From an uncultured Candidatus Saccharibacteria bacterium (GTDB lineage Bacteria; Patescibacteriota; Minisyncoccia; Phycocordibacterales; UBA5272), in contig CAZNZQ010000003.1 of NCBI GenBank assembly GCA_964577675.1, positions 3,330 to 67,329 on the forward strand: a DNA stretch of 64,000 nucleotides, written 5' to 3'. The translations under genes were made by a program, and so were the position numbers. The notes under the pieces are model-generated. The model was not told the DNA's origin and did not search any database. It saw only the letters and a program-made list of their open reading frames with translations. Position 1 is the stretch's first letter; every line of letters begins with the position of its first letter. This document shows, piece after piece, positions 36,181-45,530 of the stretch.

Positions 36181-37449
36181 ATGCAAAAATTAGTTTGGAA
36201 AGCAGAAGTAAGGAAAGTTGAAGATTTGGTGATTTGGGATCAAAATCCGAGATCTATAAGCACAGCAAGATTTTCAAAGCTGATTAAGAGAATTAAGGAT
36301 CGTGGTTTTCATAGTTCAATTGTTATTGATACAGATAATACTATTTTATCTGGTAACCAAAGGAAGGAAGCGTTACTTCATCTTGGTATCAAAGAGGTTA
36401 ATGTATTAGTACCTAATCGTAAACTTACCACTGATGAAAGAAATAAAATTGCGCTCGAAAGTAACTTGAACGATGGTGAATGGAATTTTGAAGCATTAAA
36501 GTTATTTGAACTGGATACACTACTGGACATTGGTTTCGATCAAATCGAACTCTCTAAGTTCTGGGATGAAGACAAAGATATTAAAGAAGATACATTTGAT
36601 GTTGAGAAAGAGTTAAAGAAAATTATTAACCCTGTTACAAAACTTGGTGATGTAATTTATCTTGGTAATCATAAGATTATTTGTGGAGACTCTACAAAAA
36701 AAGAAACACTCACAAAGTTATTCAAAGGAGAGAAAGCATCGATGATTTATAGTGACCCTGTCTATAACATTTCTGTGAACTACTCAGGTGGAATTGGGGG
36801 CAAAAAAGACTATGGAGGTAACGTAAATGACACTCGTACTTTTGAAGAGTACAAAACATTTATCAGTGATAGTTTGAAAAGTGCGTTATTTGTATCACAC
36901 GACAATACACACTGCTTTTATTATTGCGATCAGATATTTATCGGACTAATTCAAGAAGTGTATAGGTCTCTCGGAATAAATAACAAGCGTGTATGCCTAT
37001 GGCTAAAAAACTCACAAAATCCAGTCCCTAAGGTGTTCTGCAATAAAGCGTACGAACCTGCAGTATACGGAACTCGTGGAAGACCGTACCTTGCAAATAA
37101 TGTAACAGACCTTAATGAAGTAATGAACAAAGAATTTACTACAGGCAATGATCTCATTTCTCAAGTTGATGACTTCCTTGAAATATGGACAGCAAAACGT
37201 CTTGCTTCTAAAGATTATCAACATGCAACTTCTAAACCAATCACCTTACACGAAAAAGCAATCAAACGCTGTACAAAACCTAATGACATTATTCTCGATA
37301 GTTTCCTAGGCTCAGGTAGCACTCTCCTTGCAGGAGAACAGCTCGGGCGAAGAGTGTATGGGTGTGAGCTAGAGCCAAAATTCTGTGACTTAATTGTGAA
37401 GCGTTATGAGGTACTTACAGGTAAGAAACCGATCTATGAAAAAGAATAA
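36181..37449 (+). CDS. ParB-like N-terminal domain fused to N4/N6 DNA methyltransferase (phage-type)
   Basis: NPR, ILSGNQR (ParB-N); H.IICGDS, SDPVY, H.T.KP, DSFLGSGST, ELEPKFCD. Confidence 0.9.
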   Translation: MQKLVWKAEVRKVEDLVIWDQNPRSISTARFSKLIKRIKDRGFHSSIVIDTDNTILSGNQRKEALLHLGIKEVNVLVPNRKLTTDERNKIALESNLNDGEWNFEALKLFELDTLLDIGFDQIELSKFWDEDKDIKEDTFDVEKELKKIINPVTKLGDVIYLGNHKIICGDSTKKETLTKLFKGEKASMIYSDPVYNISVNYSGGIGGKKDYGGNVNDTRTFEEYKTFISDSLKSALFVSHDNTHCFYYCDQIFIGLIQEVYRSLGINNKRVCLWLKNSQNPVPKVFCNKAYEPAVYGTRGRPYLANNVTDLNEVMNKEFTTGNDLISQVDDFLEIWTAKRLASKDYQHATSKPITLHEKAIKRCTKPNDIILDSFLGSGSTLLAGEQLGRRVYGCELEPKFCDLIVKRYEVLTGKKPIYEKE

Positions 37450-37837
37450 AATTCAAGATCAATTCCTAGAAGAGCTTGCGAAAGTGCCAATAGTACAAAT
37501 TGCTTGTGAAAAGTGTAGTTTATCTCGCAATAGTATCTATCGTTGGAGAAAAGAAGATAAAGTGTTTGAAAAGAAAATGGATGAAGCATTATCAAGTGGT
37601 GTTGCTTTTGTGAATGATATGAGTGAATCACAATTACTTACCCTTATCAAAGAGAAGAGTTACTCAGCTATCTCTTTTTGGCTTCGTCATAGAAATGATA
37701 ACTACAAAGATAAAATTGAAATTACTACAAAAGAAGAAAGTGGGGAACTTTCTCCTTCTCAAGCAAAAATTGTAAGACATGCCCTTAAGTTAGCTTCAAT
37801 TACAAAACAGAAATCTATTAGAAAAATTAATAAATAA
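37436..37837 (+). CDS. putative terminase small subunit (HTH protein)
   Basis: ACEKCSLSRNSIYRWRKED..F HTH, AI.FWL; directly upstream of TerL. Confidence 0.7.
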   Translation: MKKNKIQDQFLEELAKVPIVQIACEKCSLSRNSIYRWRKEDKVFEKKMDEALSSGVAFVNDMSESQLLTLIKEKSYSAISFWLRHRNDNYKDKIEITTKEESGELSPSQAKIVRHALKLASITKQKSIRKINK

Positions 37838-37842
37838 CAAGT

Positions 37843-39345
37843 ATGAAATACAACAGCATTGATAAGGGATTATTAAACAAAATGATGAAAGACAAATTAG
37901 TAAGAACGACTATCACTAAAGATAGTTTCTTCTACTTCTTTCATTTCTATTACGCTCACTATGTAAAGTACGAGACGGCAGACTTTCAAAAAGAGATTAT
38001 ACATCTTCTTGAGAAAGGAAATAACGAGAACCTATATGTTGTCGCTTTTCGTGGATCAGGTAAATCAACTATGGCGACAACAGCTTACCCAATATGGGCG
38101 ATACTTGGTAAACAGCAGAAGAAGTTTTGTATCATCTTTTGTCACACACGAATACAAGCAAAACAACATATGATGAATATTAAACAAGAACTAGAGAATA
38201 ATGATTTACTCAAGAAAGATCTCGGACCATTTCAAGAGGAATCTGATGAGTGGGGTTCATATTCTTTGGTGTTCAAAAAACACGGTGCTCGAATTTCTGT
38301 TGCCTCAACCGAACAAAGTATTCGTGGTATTCGTCATAACGAACATCGTCCAGATTTAATAATTTGTGACGATGTGGAAGATGTACAATCGGCTAAAACA
38401 AGGGAAGGTAGAAACAAGACATACAACTGGTTACGAGGTGAGGTAATCCCAACAGGAGACAGAAATACACGGCTTATCCTTATCGGTAACTTGCTTCATG
38501 AAGACTCTCTCCTAATGAGGATTAAAGAAGAGATTAAGAACGGTAAAGCAAAAGGCACTTTTAAGCAGTACCCACTTCTTGATCAAGATAATAACTGTCT
38601 ATGGACTGGGAAGTATCCGACAGAAAAAGATATAGAAGATGAGAAATTAAAAGTGGCTAGTGAAATATCGTGGCAACGAGAGTATCTTCTTCGTATTATA
38701 CCAAGCGATGATCAAGTTATTTATCCTGAATGGATAAAGTTCTACGATGAACTGCACCCCACTTCTCATAAAGCGTACCGTGGTACATATGCAGGTGTTG
38801 ACCTTGCAATATCTACTAGTGACGCCGCTGACTTCACTTCCGTTGTTATGGCTCGTGTATATGGTAGAAGAGATAAATTGCGAATCTATATCCTTCCTAA
38901 TCCTATAAACAAGAAGTTAAACTTTCCTGCTCAGGTTGATCTATTAAAAGATATTAAGAATACTCAAATGCCAAAATCAACAGATAATTTATTTGTTGAA
39001 AGTGTTGCATATCAAGAAGCTCTTCCTCAGATGCTAGAAATGCAAGGAATTAAAGCAGAAGCAATAAAACCTAAAGGAGACAAAAGAACAAGACTTGCAC
39101 TTACTTCTACTTCTATTAAATCAGCGATTGTTAAATTTCCACGACATGGATGTGAAGAATTGATTGAGCAACTGGTAGGTTTTGGTGTAGAAAAACATGA
39201 CGACCTTGCTGATGCTTTTTCTCTGCTTGTTAATACAACACTAGATAAGCATGCAAAAGAAGGAACTATTATTATGGCTTGGATTGGTCCTGGAACAGGT
39301 AGTGACGATATTATTCGTCACTCTGATTATGTAGATGTAGGATAA
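37843..39345 (+). CDS. phage terminase large subunit
   Basis: Walker A FRGSGKS, Walker B IICDDVE, WQREY, RNase-H GVDLA...D, HDDLADA. Confidence 0.9.
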   Translation: MKYNSIDKGLLNKMMKDKLVRTTITKDSFFYFFHFYYAHYVKYETADFQKEIIHLLEKGNNENLYVVAFRGSGKSTMATTAYPIWAILGKQQKKFCIIFCHTRIQAKQHMMNIKQELENNDLLKKDLGPFQEESDEWGSYSLVFKKHGARISVASTEQSIRGIRHNEHRPDLIICDDVEDVQSAKTREGRNKTYNWLRGEVIPTGDRNTRLILIGNLLHEDSLLMRIKEEIKNGKAKGTFKQYPLLDQDNNCLWTGKYPTEKDIEDEKLKVASEISWQREYLLRIIPSDDQVIYPEWIKFYDELHPTSHKAYRGTYAGVDLAISTSDAADFTSVVMARVYGRRDKLRIYILPNPINKKLNFPAQVDLLKDIKNTQMPKSTDNLFVESVAYQEALPQMLEMQGIKAEAIKPKGDKRTRLALTSTSIKSAIVKFPRHGCEELIEQLVGFGVEKHDDLADAFSLLVNTTLDKHAKEGTIIMAWIGPGTGSDDIIRHSDYVDVG

Positions 39346-39346
39346 T

Positions 39347-39808
39347 TTAGTGGTTTACACTATAGCCATTATCACTAGCCCATTCCTCAACTGCATCTTC
39401 AATCAAAGATGAATCTATTTCTACATCCCAGTATCCATCCGAACCGTACCCATCTCCTGTTCCATCAGAATTTAATTCTGCATTGACGTATATGTAACCT
39501 CCGTTTGGAAAATGGATTGATTCAACTTCGCCATTTGAAATATCTGCATCTAATGTGTAATAGCCATTACTCTTATGCGAGTACACTTCAACACTTTCAG
39601 TTCCATTGATGTATTCCTTGATCTCATCCCAGTGCTCATCTAAAGCATCATCATAATTGATACTTCTTTCCTTGGAATATCTAGTTGGGGGTTCTTGTTT
39701 ATATTCTGTTTTATAAGAATTATAATTAGTTTTTACTTCTTCTTTTCCAGAATTATGAAATACGGCACTACCAACTATAAGGAGAATAATTATGATAATT
39801 GTAGGCAT
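39347..39808 (-). CDS. hypothetical exported acidic protein
   Basis: N-terminal hydrophobic anchor; 153 aa. Confidence 0.65.
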   Translation of the reverse strand: MPTIIIIILLIVGSAVFHNSGKEEVKTNYNSYKTEYKQEPPTRYSKERSINYDDALDEHWDEIKEYINGTESVEVYSHKSNGYYTLDADISNGEVESIHFPNGGYIYVNAELNSDGTGDGYGSDGYWDVEIDSSLIEDAVEEWASDNGYSVNH

Positions 39809-39870
39809 AATATTTTTAGAATTATAATTACATAAGCTGACATATTAAACCTATTCTACATCTAACTAGA

Positions 39871-41208
39871 TTAGATACAAGTATTCGGTATATGTAATGA
39901 TATTCTTTTATTTGATAACAGTATTTTAGAATTAAGACACTTAAAAAATTCTCTCTTCTCCTCCATTTCTCCCTCTAACAAAATAAACTTAGCATAGTTA
40001 CGAATATCAATATCTTTTACAGATATTGGTGTTTTGTTTCCTAGTAACATATATTGAAACTTTTTGAATCTTTTGACCTCATTAGTTATCTTTTCTTTCA
40101 TTGGCACTATCTGAATATCAAGATCATCAATAAGATCTTTAAGTTGATCTACTAAATCCTCCTCATTAAGAAACCCACAAGGACAATTCTGGTCTCTTGT
40201 TCTCGTGCACTTGTAATAGACGTATCTGTGAACATTACCATTTTGTTGATGTTTAAATTTCTCATCTGCTGTGATACCTGAACCACATAATCCACATGTC
40301 ATTATTCTTGTAAAAGCGAATTCCTTTTGTTCGGTTTTAGGTTCTAATATTTGACTCTTAATTTTCTCTTGAACTAAATCAAAGAGTTCTTTTGTGATAA
40401 TTGGAATGTGTGATCCGTTATACCAATTTCCTGAGTTTTTAGGGAATTCAAACCTTCCGTAATAAAAATGGTTTTGTAGTAATCGATAAAAGTTACCTAA
40501 ACTTAAATGGATATTGTTCTCAGTCTTAAAATCTTTATCATCTTTAAGCCAAGTCCACACCTTTCTACCTGACCATCCGTCATACCCAACTTTTTCAAAC
40601 ATCTCTTTAATAATAGGTGCTCTATCTTTGTCTATAATGGATTCGCATTTCTGATCCATTCTTTTAAACTTGGTATATCCAGTAGGAGGACGACATGGCC
40701 ATAAACCCATCTCTACTCTTGCCCTTAGACCTCTTTTAACATTGATACTTTTGTTATCATTCTCTAACTTTGCTTGAGAACAAAGAATCATAAGTAAAAA
40801 CTTTTCATTAGGAGAATTAGAAAATGTTTGTCCGTATGTTTGTATATGGATTAATTTTCTTTGATCCATTAAATCTACTAAACTTCCTAAATCTCCAGCA
40901 TTACGACTTAATCTATCTGGTGCCCAAGTTAATACTCCATTAAACTTTCCTTGATCTATATCTTGTAACAGCTGTTTATACACTGGTCGCTGACCTGAAG
41001 CTTTAGCACTATGTGATTCTCTTTTAACTTCCACTACATACAACCCTAAACGCTCTGCTATGGCTTCCATTTCTTTAATCTGTGAATCTATCGACAAAGC
41101 TTGCATTTCATCTGATTCAGTAGATTTTCTAGCATATAAACAATATTTAACTCTTACTTCTGACAAAACTATGTTTCCATGAATCTTTCCAATTGTTCTT
41201 GTTTCCAT
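39871..41208 (-). CDS. large serine recombinase (integrase) with zinc ribbon
   Basis: YARKS, SIDSQ, SAK...RP, DRLSRN, PTGY, H.PII, CGLCG, YYKC. Confidence 0.95.
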   Translation of the reverse strand: METRTIGKIHGNIVLSEVRVKYCLYARKSTESDEMQALSIDSQIKEMEAIAERLGLYVVEVKRESHSAKASGQRPVYKQLLQDIDQGKFNGVLTWAPDRLSRNAGDLGSLVDLMDQRKLIHIQTYGQTFSNSPNEKFLLMILCSQAKLENDNKSINVKRGLRARVEMGLWPCRPPTGYTKFKRMDQKCESIIDKDRAPIIKEMFEKVGYDGWSGRKVWTWLKDDKDFKTENNIHLSLGNFYRLLQNHFYYGRFEFPKNSGNWYNGSHIPIITKELFDLVQEKIKSQILEPKTEQKEFAFTRIMTCGLCGSGITADEKFKHQQNGNVHRYVYYKCTRTRDQNCPCGFLNEEDLVDQLKDLIDDLDIQIVPMKEKITNEVKRFKKFQYMLLGNKTPISVKDIDIRNYAKFILLEGEMEEKREFFKCLNSKILLSNKRISLHIPNTCI

Positions 41209-41303
41209 ATTATATTAATGACAGAGATCACTAGTCTTGCTAAGTCTATGCAGAACTAAAAAAGACGACATTATGAGATTAGGAAGTTACCTACAAAAAC
41301 ACC

Positions 41304-41332
41304 TTAGCAAAAGACCTTTTATGCGATATAAT
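41304..41332 (+). promoter_or_regulatory. putative promoter (TTAGCA-N17-TATAAT) for structured leader and cargo operon
   Basis: perfect TATAAT at 41327-41332. Confidence 0.45.
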
Positions 41333-41370
41333 CAATAGATTAATACAAGAGTATTAAGACGGAACAATTT

Positions 41371-41520
41371 GCAGTAGCCTAAACCATTGGTTTCCAATGG
41401 CATGGTGAATTAAGTCTAATCAAAGCCAAAAAACCCATCATGTGGGATTTGCTTTGATTAGCCATACCTGGAAACGGGTATGGAGGTCGCAAGACCTCAC
41501 TCACGTGGTGGGCTTTTTGC
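41371..41520 (+). ncRNA. multi-stem structured RNA candidate (unassigned)
   Basis: four hairpins including GAAA and GCAA tetraloops, enclosed by nested stems. Confidence 0.65.
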
Positions 41521-41555
41521 TTTCCATAAGAGTTTTACCCAAATATAAAAACTTT

Positions 41556-42422
41556 ATGAATATTTTAAAAAAGATACTTTACGGTATAGGAGGGTTATGT
41601 ACATTATTTGTTATTACAGCACTCATCGTTCCGACTCCTAAAAAAGAGGAATCAGTTGCAATTGTAACAACAGCGACAACGACTAAAGAAAAAGAAGTAG
41701 TAGCTACTACAACTAAACCAGTTGTACTTGATAAAAAAGTAGCAGTAACTCAAGCAGTAGTTACAGTTCCAAAAACTGATTCTCAATATACTTATTATTC
41801 TATTACTGATGTCGTAGATGGCGACACAGTTAAGATAAATATTAATGGCACAATCGAAACTTTACGTCTAATTGGTTTAGATACTCCTGAAACTGTTGAT
41901 CCAAGAAAGGAGGTCCAGTGTTTTGGTAAAGAAGCTTCTAATAAAGGAAAGGAGTTACTTACTGGTAAAAAGGTAAGACTTGAAAAAGACACTACTCAAG
42001 GAGAAAAGGATAAGTACGGAAGAACGCTAGCGTATATCTATACTGAAAGTGGAATCTTTTATAACAAGTATATGATCGAACAAGGATATGCTCATGAGTA
42101 TACATATAACTCTGCGTATAAGTATCAAGCAGAATTTAAACAAGCTGAGAAAACTGCTGAAGCAAACAAAGTAGGACTTTGGTCACCAAGTACTTGTAAT
42201 GGCGTTACAACATCAGCACCTAAAACAACTCAAACGACCACATCTACTACTCAAGTCTCTGGGAAATACTACACTTCTTCTGCTTCTAATGCCACAAGAT
42301 ACTACCCTGATACATGCCCAGCGTGGCAAGATCTTTCAAAGTCTAATTTGAGGACATTCAACTCACTTGATGAATTGCTCGCTGTGTATCCTAAGAGAAC
42401 TATTGCTGATAGTTGTAAGTAA
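41556..42422 (+). CDS. membrane-anchored thermonuclease (SNase family)
   Basis: TM plus Thr-rich linker; VVDGDT, RLIGLDTPE, DKYGRTLAY, GLW; start moved to ATG 41556. Confidence 0.92.
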   Translation: MNILKKILYGIGGLCTLFVITALIVPTPKKEESVAIVTTATTTKEKEVVATTTKPVVLDKKVAVTQAVVTVPKTDSQYTYYSITDVVDGDTVKININGTIETLRLIGLDTPETVDPRKEVQCFGKEASNKGKELLTGKKVRLEKDTTQGEKDKYGRTLAYIYTESGIFYNKYMIEQGYAHEYTYNSAYKYQAEFKQAEKTAEANKVGLWSPSTCNGVTTSAPKTTQTTTSTTQVSGKYYTSSASNATRYYPDTCPAWQDLSKSNLRTFNSLDELLAVYPKRTIADSCK

Positions 42423-42486
42423 AAAAGAAAGCTATTATTTTAAGGTAAAATTTGATAAAATAGCAAGAACAATTTAATAAAACTTT

Positions 42487-43005
42487 ATGGTCACACTATA
42501 CCCCTTAAATACTATTTTAACGGTCGGACTTGTAACAGTTTTTCTCTTTCTCCTGCTTCCTCTCATCTTTAATAAGCGTAGACACAAAAGCGGTACAGAT
42601 AAATTTGAAGAGCTGTATAAAAAAATTAGTGAGGATATCAAATATTCTGTAGCTCCAAAGTTTATAGAATTATCACAAGAAACAAATGATCTTTTCGATC
42701 TCTCCGTTGAGATTTGGCGAATGGAACAACGCATTATTAAATCTTCTTCTGACTTACCAGAGAATCAACTTAAAGGGTTAGAAAATTCTATACAAAAACT
42801 AAAACGATATATTGGTAGATACGATATTGAAGTAGTGGATTATAAAAATGTGAAATACAATGAAGGTCTTAACCTTGAAGTTCTGTCTATAGAAAAAGAT
42901 TCTTCACTATCTGAATCAATTATAAAGGAGACGGTCGAGCCGACGGTTATGCATAAAGGTCAGGTGGTTCGTAAAGCAAAGGTAATTTTAATAAAAAATA
43001 ATTAG
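42487..43005 (+). CDS. GrpE-like nucleotide exchange factor with N-terminal TM
   Basis: TM, coiled coil, C-terminal ETVEP....GQVVRKAKVIL as in GrpE beta domain; precedes Hsp70. Confidence 0.7.
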   Translation: MVTLYPLNTILTVGLVTVFLFLLLPLIFNKRRHKSGTDKFEELYKKISEDIKYSVAPKFIELSQETNDLFDLSVEIWRMEQRIIKSSSDLPENQLKGLENSIQKLKRYIGRYDIEVVDYKNVKYNEGLNLEVLSIEKDSSLSESIIKETVEPTVMHKGQVVRKAKVILIKNN

Positions 43006-43011
43006 GACTCT

Positions 43012-45525
43012 ATGTCTAACCAACAAAATATTTCAATAGGTATCGATCTTGGAACAACTAATTCGTCTATTGCAATAAATAACAATGGCAATATTGAGAT
43101 TGTAAAAAAAGCGGGAGGAGTAGAGTACACTCCGTCAGTTTTTGGTTTCAATAAAGCTGGCAATAAGGAGGTTGGACAAAAAGCTTACGACAGTTTTTAC
43201 AAAAGCCCTTCAGAAGAAGATACAAAAAACTATAAGACTGAAATTAAGAGACTGATGGGTACTTCAGAATCTTTTTACTTTGAGAGAGCAAATACAAAAA
43301 TGGGACCAGAAGAAATATCTGCTGAAATTCTAAAGAGTTTAAAAGAGGATGTACTAAGAAAATACCCAGACTTTAATACTATTTCTGCTGTAATAACCGT
43401 CCCTGCAGCTTTTTCTGTCTTGCAATCAGAAGCAACAAAGCGAGCAGGAAATCTTGCTGGATTTAAACACGTTGTTTTGCTACAAGAACCAATCGCTGCC
43501 GCTGTTGCTTATGGATTCACAAACATTAAAAATGAGAACTGGCTTATTTATGATCTTGGGGGTGGTACATTTGACGTTGCGTTAGTTGCCTCAAAAGATA
43601 GAGCCCTGTCAGTACTTGGACATAACGGAGATAACTTTCTTGGTGGTAAAAATTTCGACTTGGAAATTGTAGATAAAGTAATTGTGCCAAAGATTTTGGA
43701 AAAGTTTACTATCAGTAATTTTAATAGAGGTAATGAAAAATATAAAGGAGTATTTTCACAATTAAAATTCTTTGCTGAAACAGCAAAGATTGAACTTTCT
43801 GAGTATGAAAAAACTTCAATCATGGTAGAAAATATTGGAAAGGATGATAATGGAGATGAAATTTTTCTAACCATCAATTTTTTGAGAAAGGACTTTGAAA
43901 ATCTAATCAAACCCATGATTGATCGTACTATTGAGCTTTCAAAAGAAACCCTTAAGGATGCAGGAATTAAAAGTAGCTCCGTTACAAGAGTCGTTCTTGT
44001 TGGTGGACCAACTCAGATTCCTTATATCAGAGAAAGAATAGAAGGAGACCTTAAAGTTATAGCAGATGCAACGGTAGACCCTCTTACTGTTGTTGCAAGA
44101 GGAGCTTGTGTTTTCGGAATTGGTCAAAAAATTCCAAAAGAATTTACAGAAGTTTCTTCTTCAAAAATTGATGAGGGTGTGATTCAAATTAATCTTAACC
44201 ATGAATCGCTCACATCAGATACTGAAGAAACAGTTAGTGGTATCATTGATGACTTAAAAGAATCAAGTGACGAATACTACGTACAGATACAATCAGATAG
44301 TGGTTTTTATAATGGTTCAAAGATTAAGTTAAAAAATGGTAAATTTTTTGACACCGTATCTGTTGAGCAAAATAAATCAAATGTTTACTGGGTCTACCTA
44401 TTTGATAAGGAAGGAAATTCTACTCCTATCAGTCCAGACTCATTTATGATTACACATGGGCTTTCAGTTTCGGGTGCTCCTTTACCTCATTCGATAGGTG
44501 TTATTGTTGCTAAAAAAGATCATGTGAGAAATATTGCCTCAAATGTATGCGAAATTATTTTTGAAAAAGGATCTATTCTTCCCGTAAAAAAAGTTATTGA
44601 TGTATACAAAACATCAAGAAAACTTAAGAAAGGAGAAGATAATAATTTAGATATTACGGTTGTTGAGGGCGAATCTGATATTCCTGATCGTAACTCATAT
44701 TTATGTGATTTAGGTATAAACGGTAAGGATTTACCTCACGATCTTCCAGAAGGAACCCCATTAGAGATATCTATAGAGATGAATGAGTCTCGTGAAGTCA
44801 AAGTTACTACATATATCCCTTTAATTGATATGACTTTTAATGCTCGTTCTACCATGCAAGATGAGTCCGTTGAAGTAAAAACCATCGAGTATGATTTAAA
44901 AGTTCAAACTGAAAGAGCTCAGACCGTTTCTGAGAATTGCTCTAGTGAAGAAAAGAATAAACTCAATACTACAATTAACTCAGTAGCAAATAGTCTAAAA
45001 GGTGCCCATGTTGATGAAGATGAAAAACGCAAAGCAAATAAACAACTTAAGGATCTAAAGGTATCAATTGATCAGCTTGAAAAGGAAAAAGAGATGCCGC
45101 AGTTGATTAATGAGTTTAATGAGAGCTTTGCAAAAGTTCAAAAAATAATAATTGATCTTGGTAATGATAAAGATAAGGTTCAACATGAAGAGCGTCTTAA
45201 AAAGATGAAAGAAGAGGGAGACAAAGCAATATCTGAAAATGATAGTGTTCTCTTAATGAGAGTAAATGAACAGATCGGTGAGCTAGGAACTAAAGCAGTA
45301 TTCTCAAATCCTGCGGCTTGGGTCTACCAATTTGGTCAGATTACGAATGGTAGTAAAAAGTTTATTAATGAAAAAGAAGCTGAATATTATACAGAAAAAG
45401 GAAAGCGTGCAATTGAGCTTAGTGACACCGAGGAACTAAAACGGTGTGTTCATAATTTATTACTTCTTCTTCCTTCTGATAGTTATGAGGGTCCGAAAAA
45501 TCATCTTTCGGGTATATCACGATAA
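43012..45525 (+). CDS. atypical long Hsp70-family protein (837 aa)
   Basis: GIDLGTTNS, ITVPA.F, EPIAAA.AYG, YDLGGGTFD, LGG.NFD, LVGG.T.IP. Confidence 0.92.
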   Translation: MSNQQNISIGIDLGTTNSSIAINNNGNIEIVKKAGGVEYTPSVFGFNKAGNKEVGQKAYDSFYKSPSEEDTKNYKTEIKRLMGTSESFYFERANTKMGPEEISAEILKSLKEDVLRKYPDFNTISAVITVPAAFSVLQSEATKRAGNLAGFKHVVLLQEPIAAAVAYGFTNIKNENWLIYDLGGGTFDVALVASKDRALSVLGHNGDNFLGGKNFDLEIVDKVIVPKILEKFTISNFNRGNEKYKGVFSQLKFFAETAKIELSEYEKTSIMVENIGKDDNGDEIFLTINFLRKDFENLIKPMIDRTIELSKETLKDAGIKSSSVTRVVLVGGPTQIPYIRERIEGDLKVIADATVDPLTVVARGACVFGIGQKIPKEFTEVSSSKIDEGVIQINLNHESLTSDTEETVSGIIDDLKESSDEYYVQIQSDSGFYNGSKIKLKNGKFFDTVSVEQNKSNVYWVYLFDKEGNSTPISPDSFMITHGLSVSGAPLPHSIGVIVAKKDHVRNIASNVCEIIFEKGSILPVKKVIDVYKTSRKLKKGEDNNLDITVVEGESDIPDRNSYLCDLGINGKDLPHDLPEGTPLEISIEMNESREVKVTTYIPLIDMTFNARSTMQDESVEVKTIEYDLKVQTERAQTVSENCSSEEKNKLNTTINSVANSLKGAHVDEDEKRKANKQLKDLKVSIDQLEKEKEMPQLINEFNESFAKVQKIIIDLGNDKDKVQHEERLKKMKEEGDKAISENDSVLLMRVNEQIGELGTKAVFSNPAAWVYQFGQITNGSKKFINEKEAEYYTEKGKRAIELSDTEELKRCVHNLLLLLPSDSYEGPKNHLSGISR

Positions 45526-45530
45526 AATAT

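Noticed and set aside
36181-41208. Complete prophage
   Set aside because: No recognisable portal, capsid, tail, lysis or replication genes inside the att-bounded interval.
41442-41555. N-terminal extension of the thermonuclease from GTG 41442
   Set aside because: Overlaps the structured element; ATG 41556 gives a normal basic-plus-hydrophobic signal anchor.
43012-45525. Housekeeping dnaK symbol
   Set aside because: Too long, lacks the canonical linker, partners are atypical, and it lies in a mobile island.
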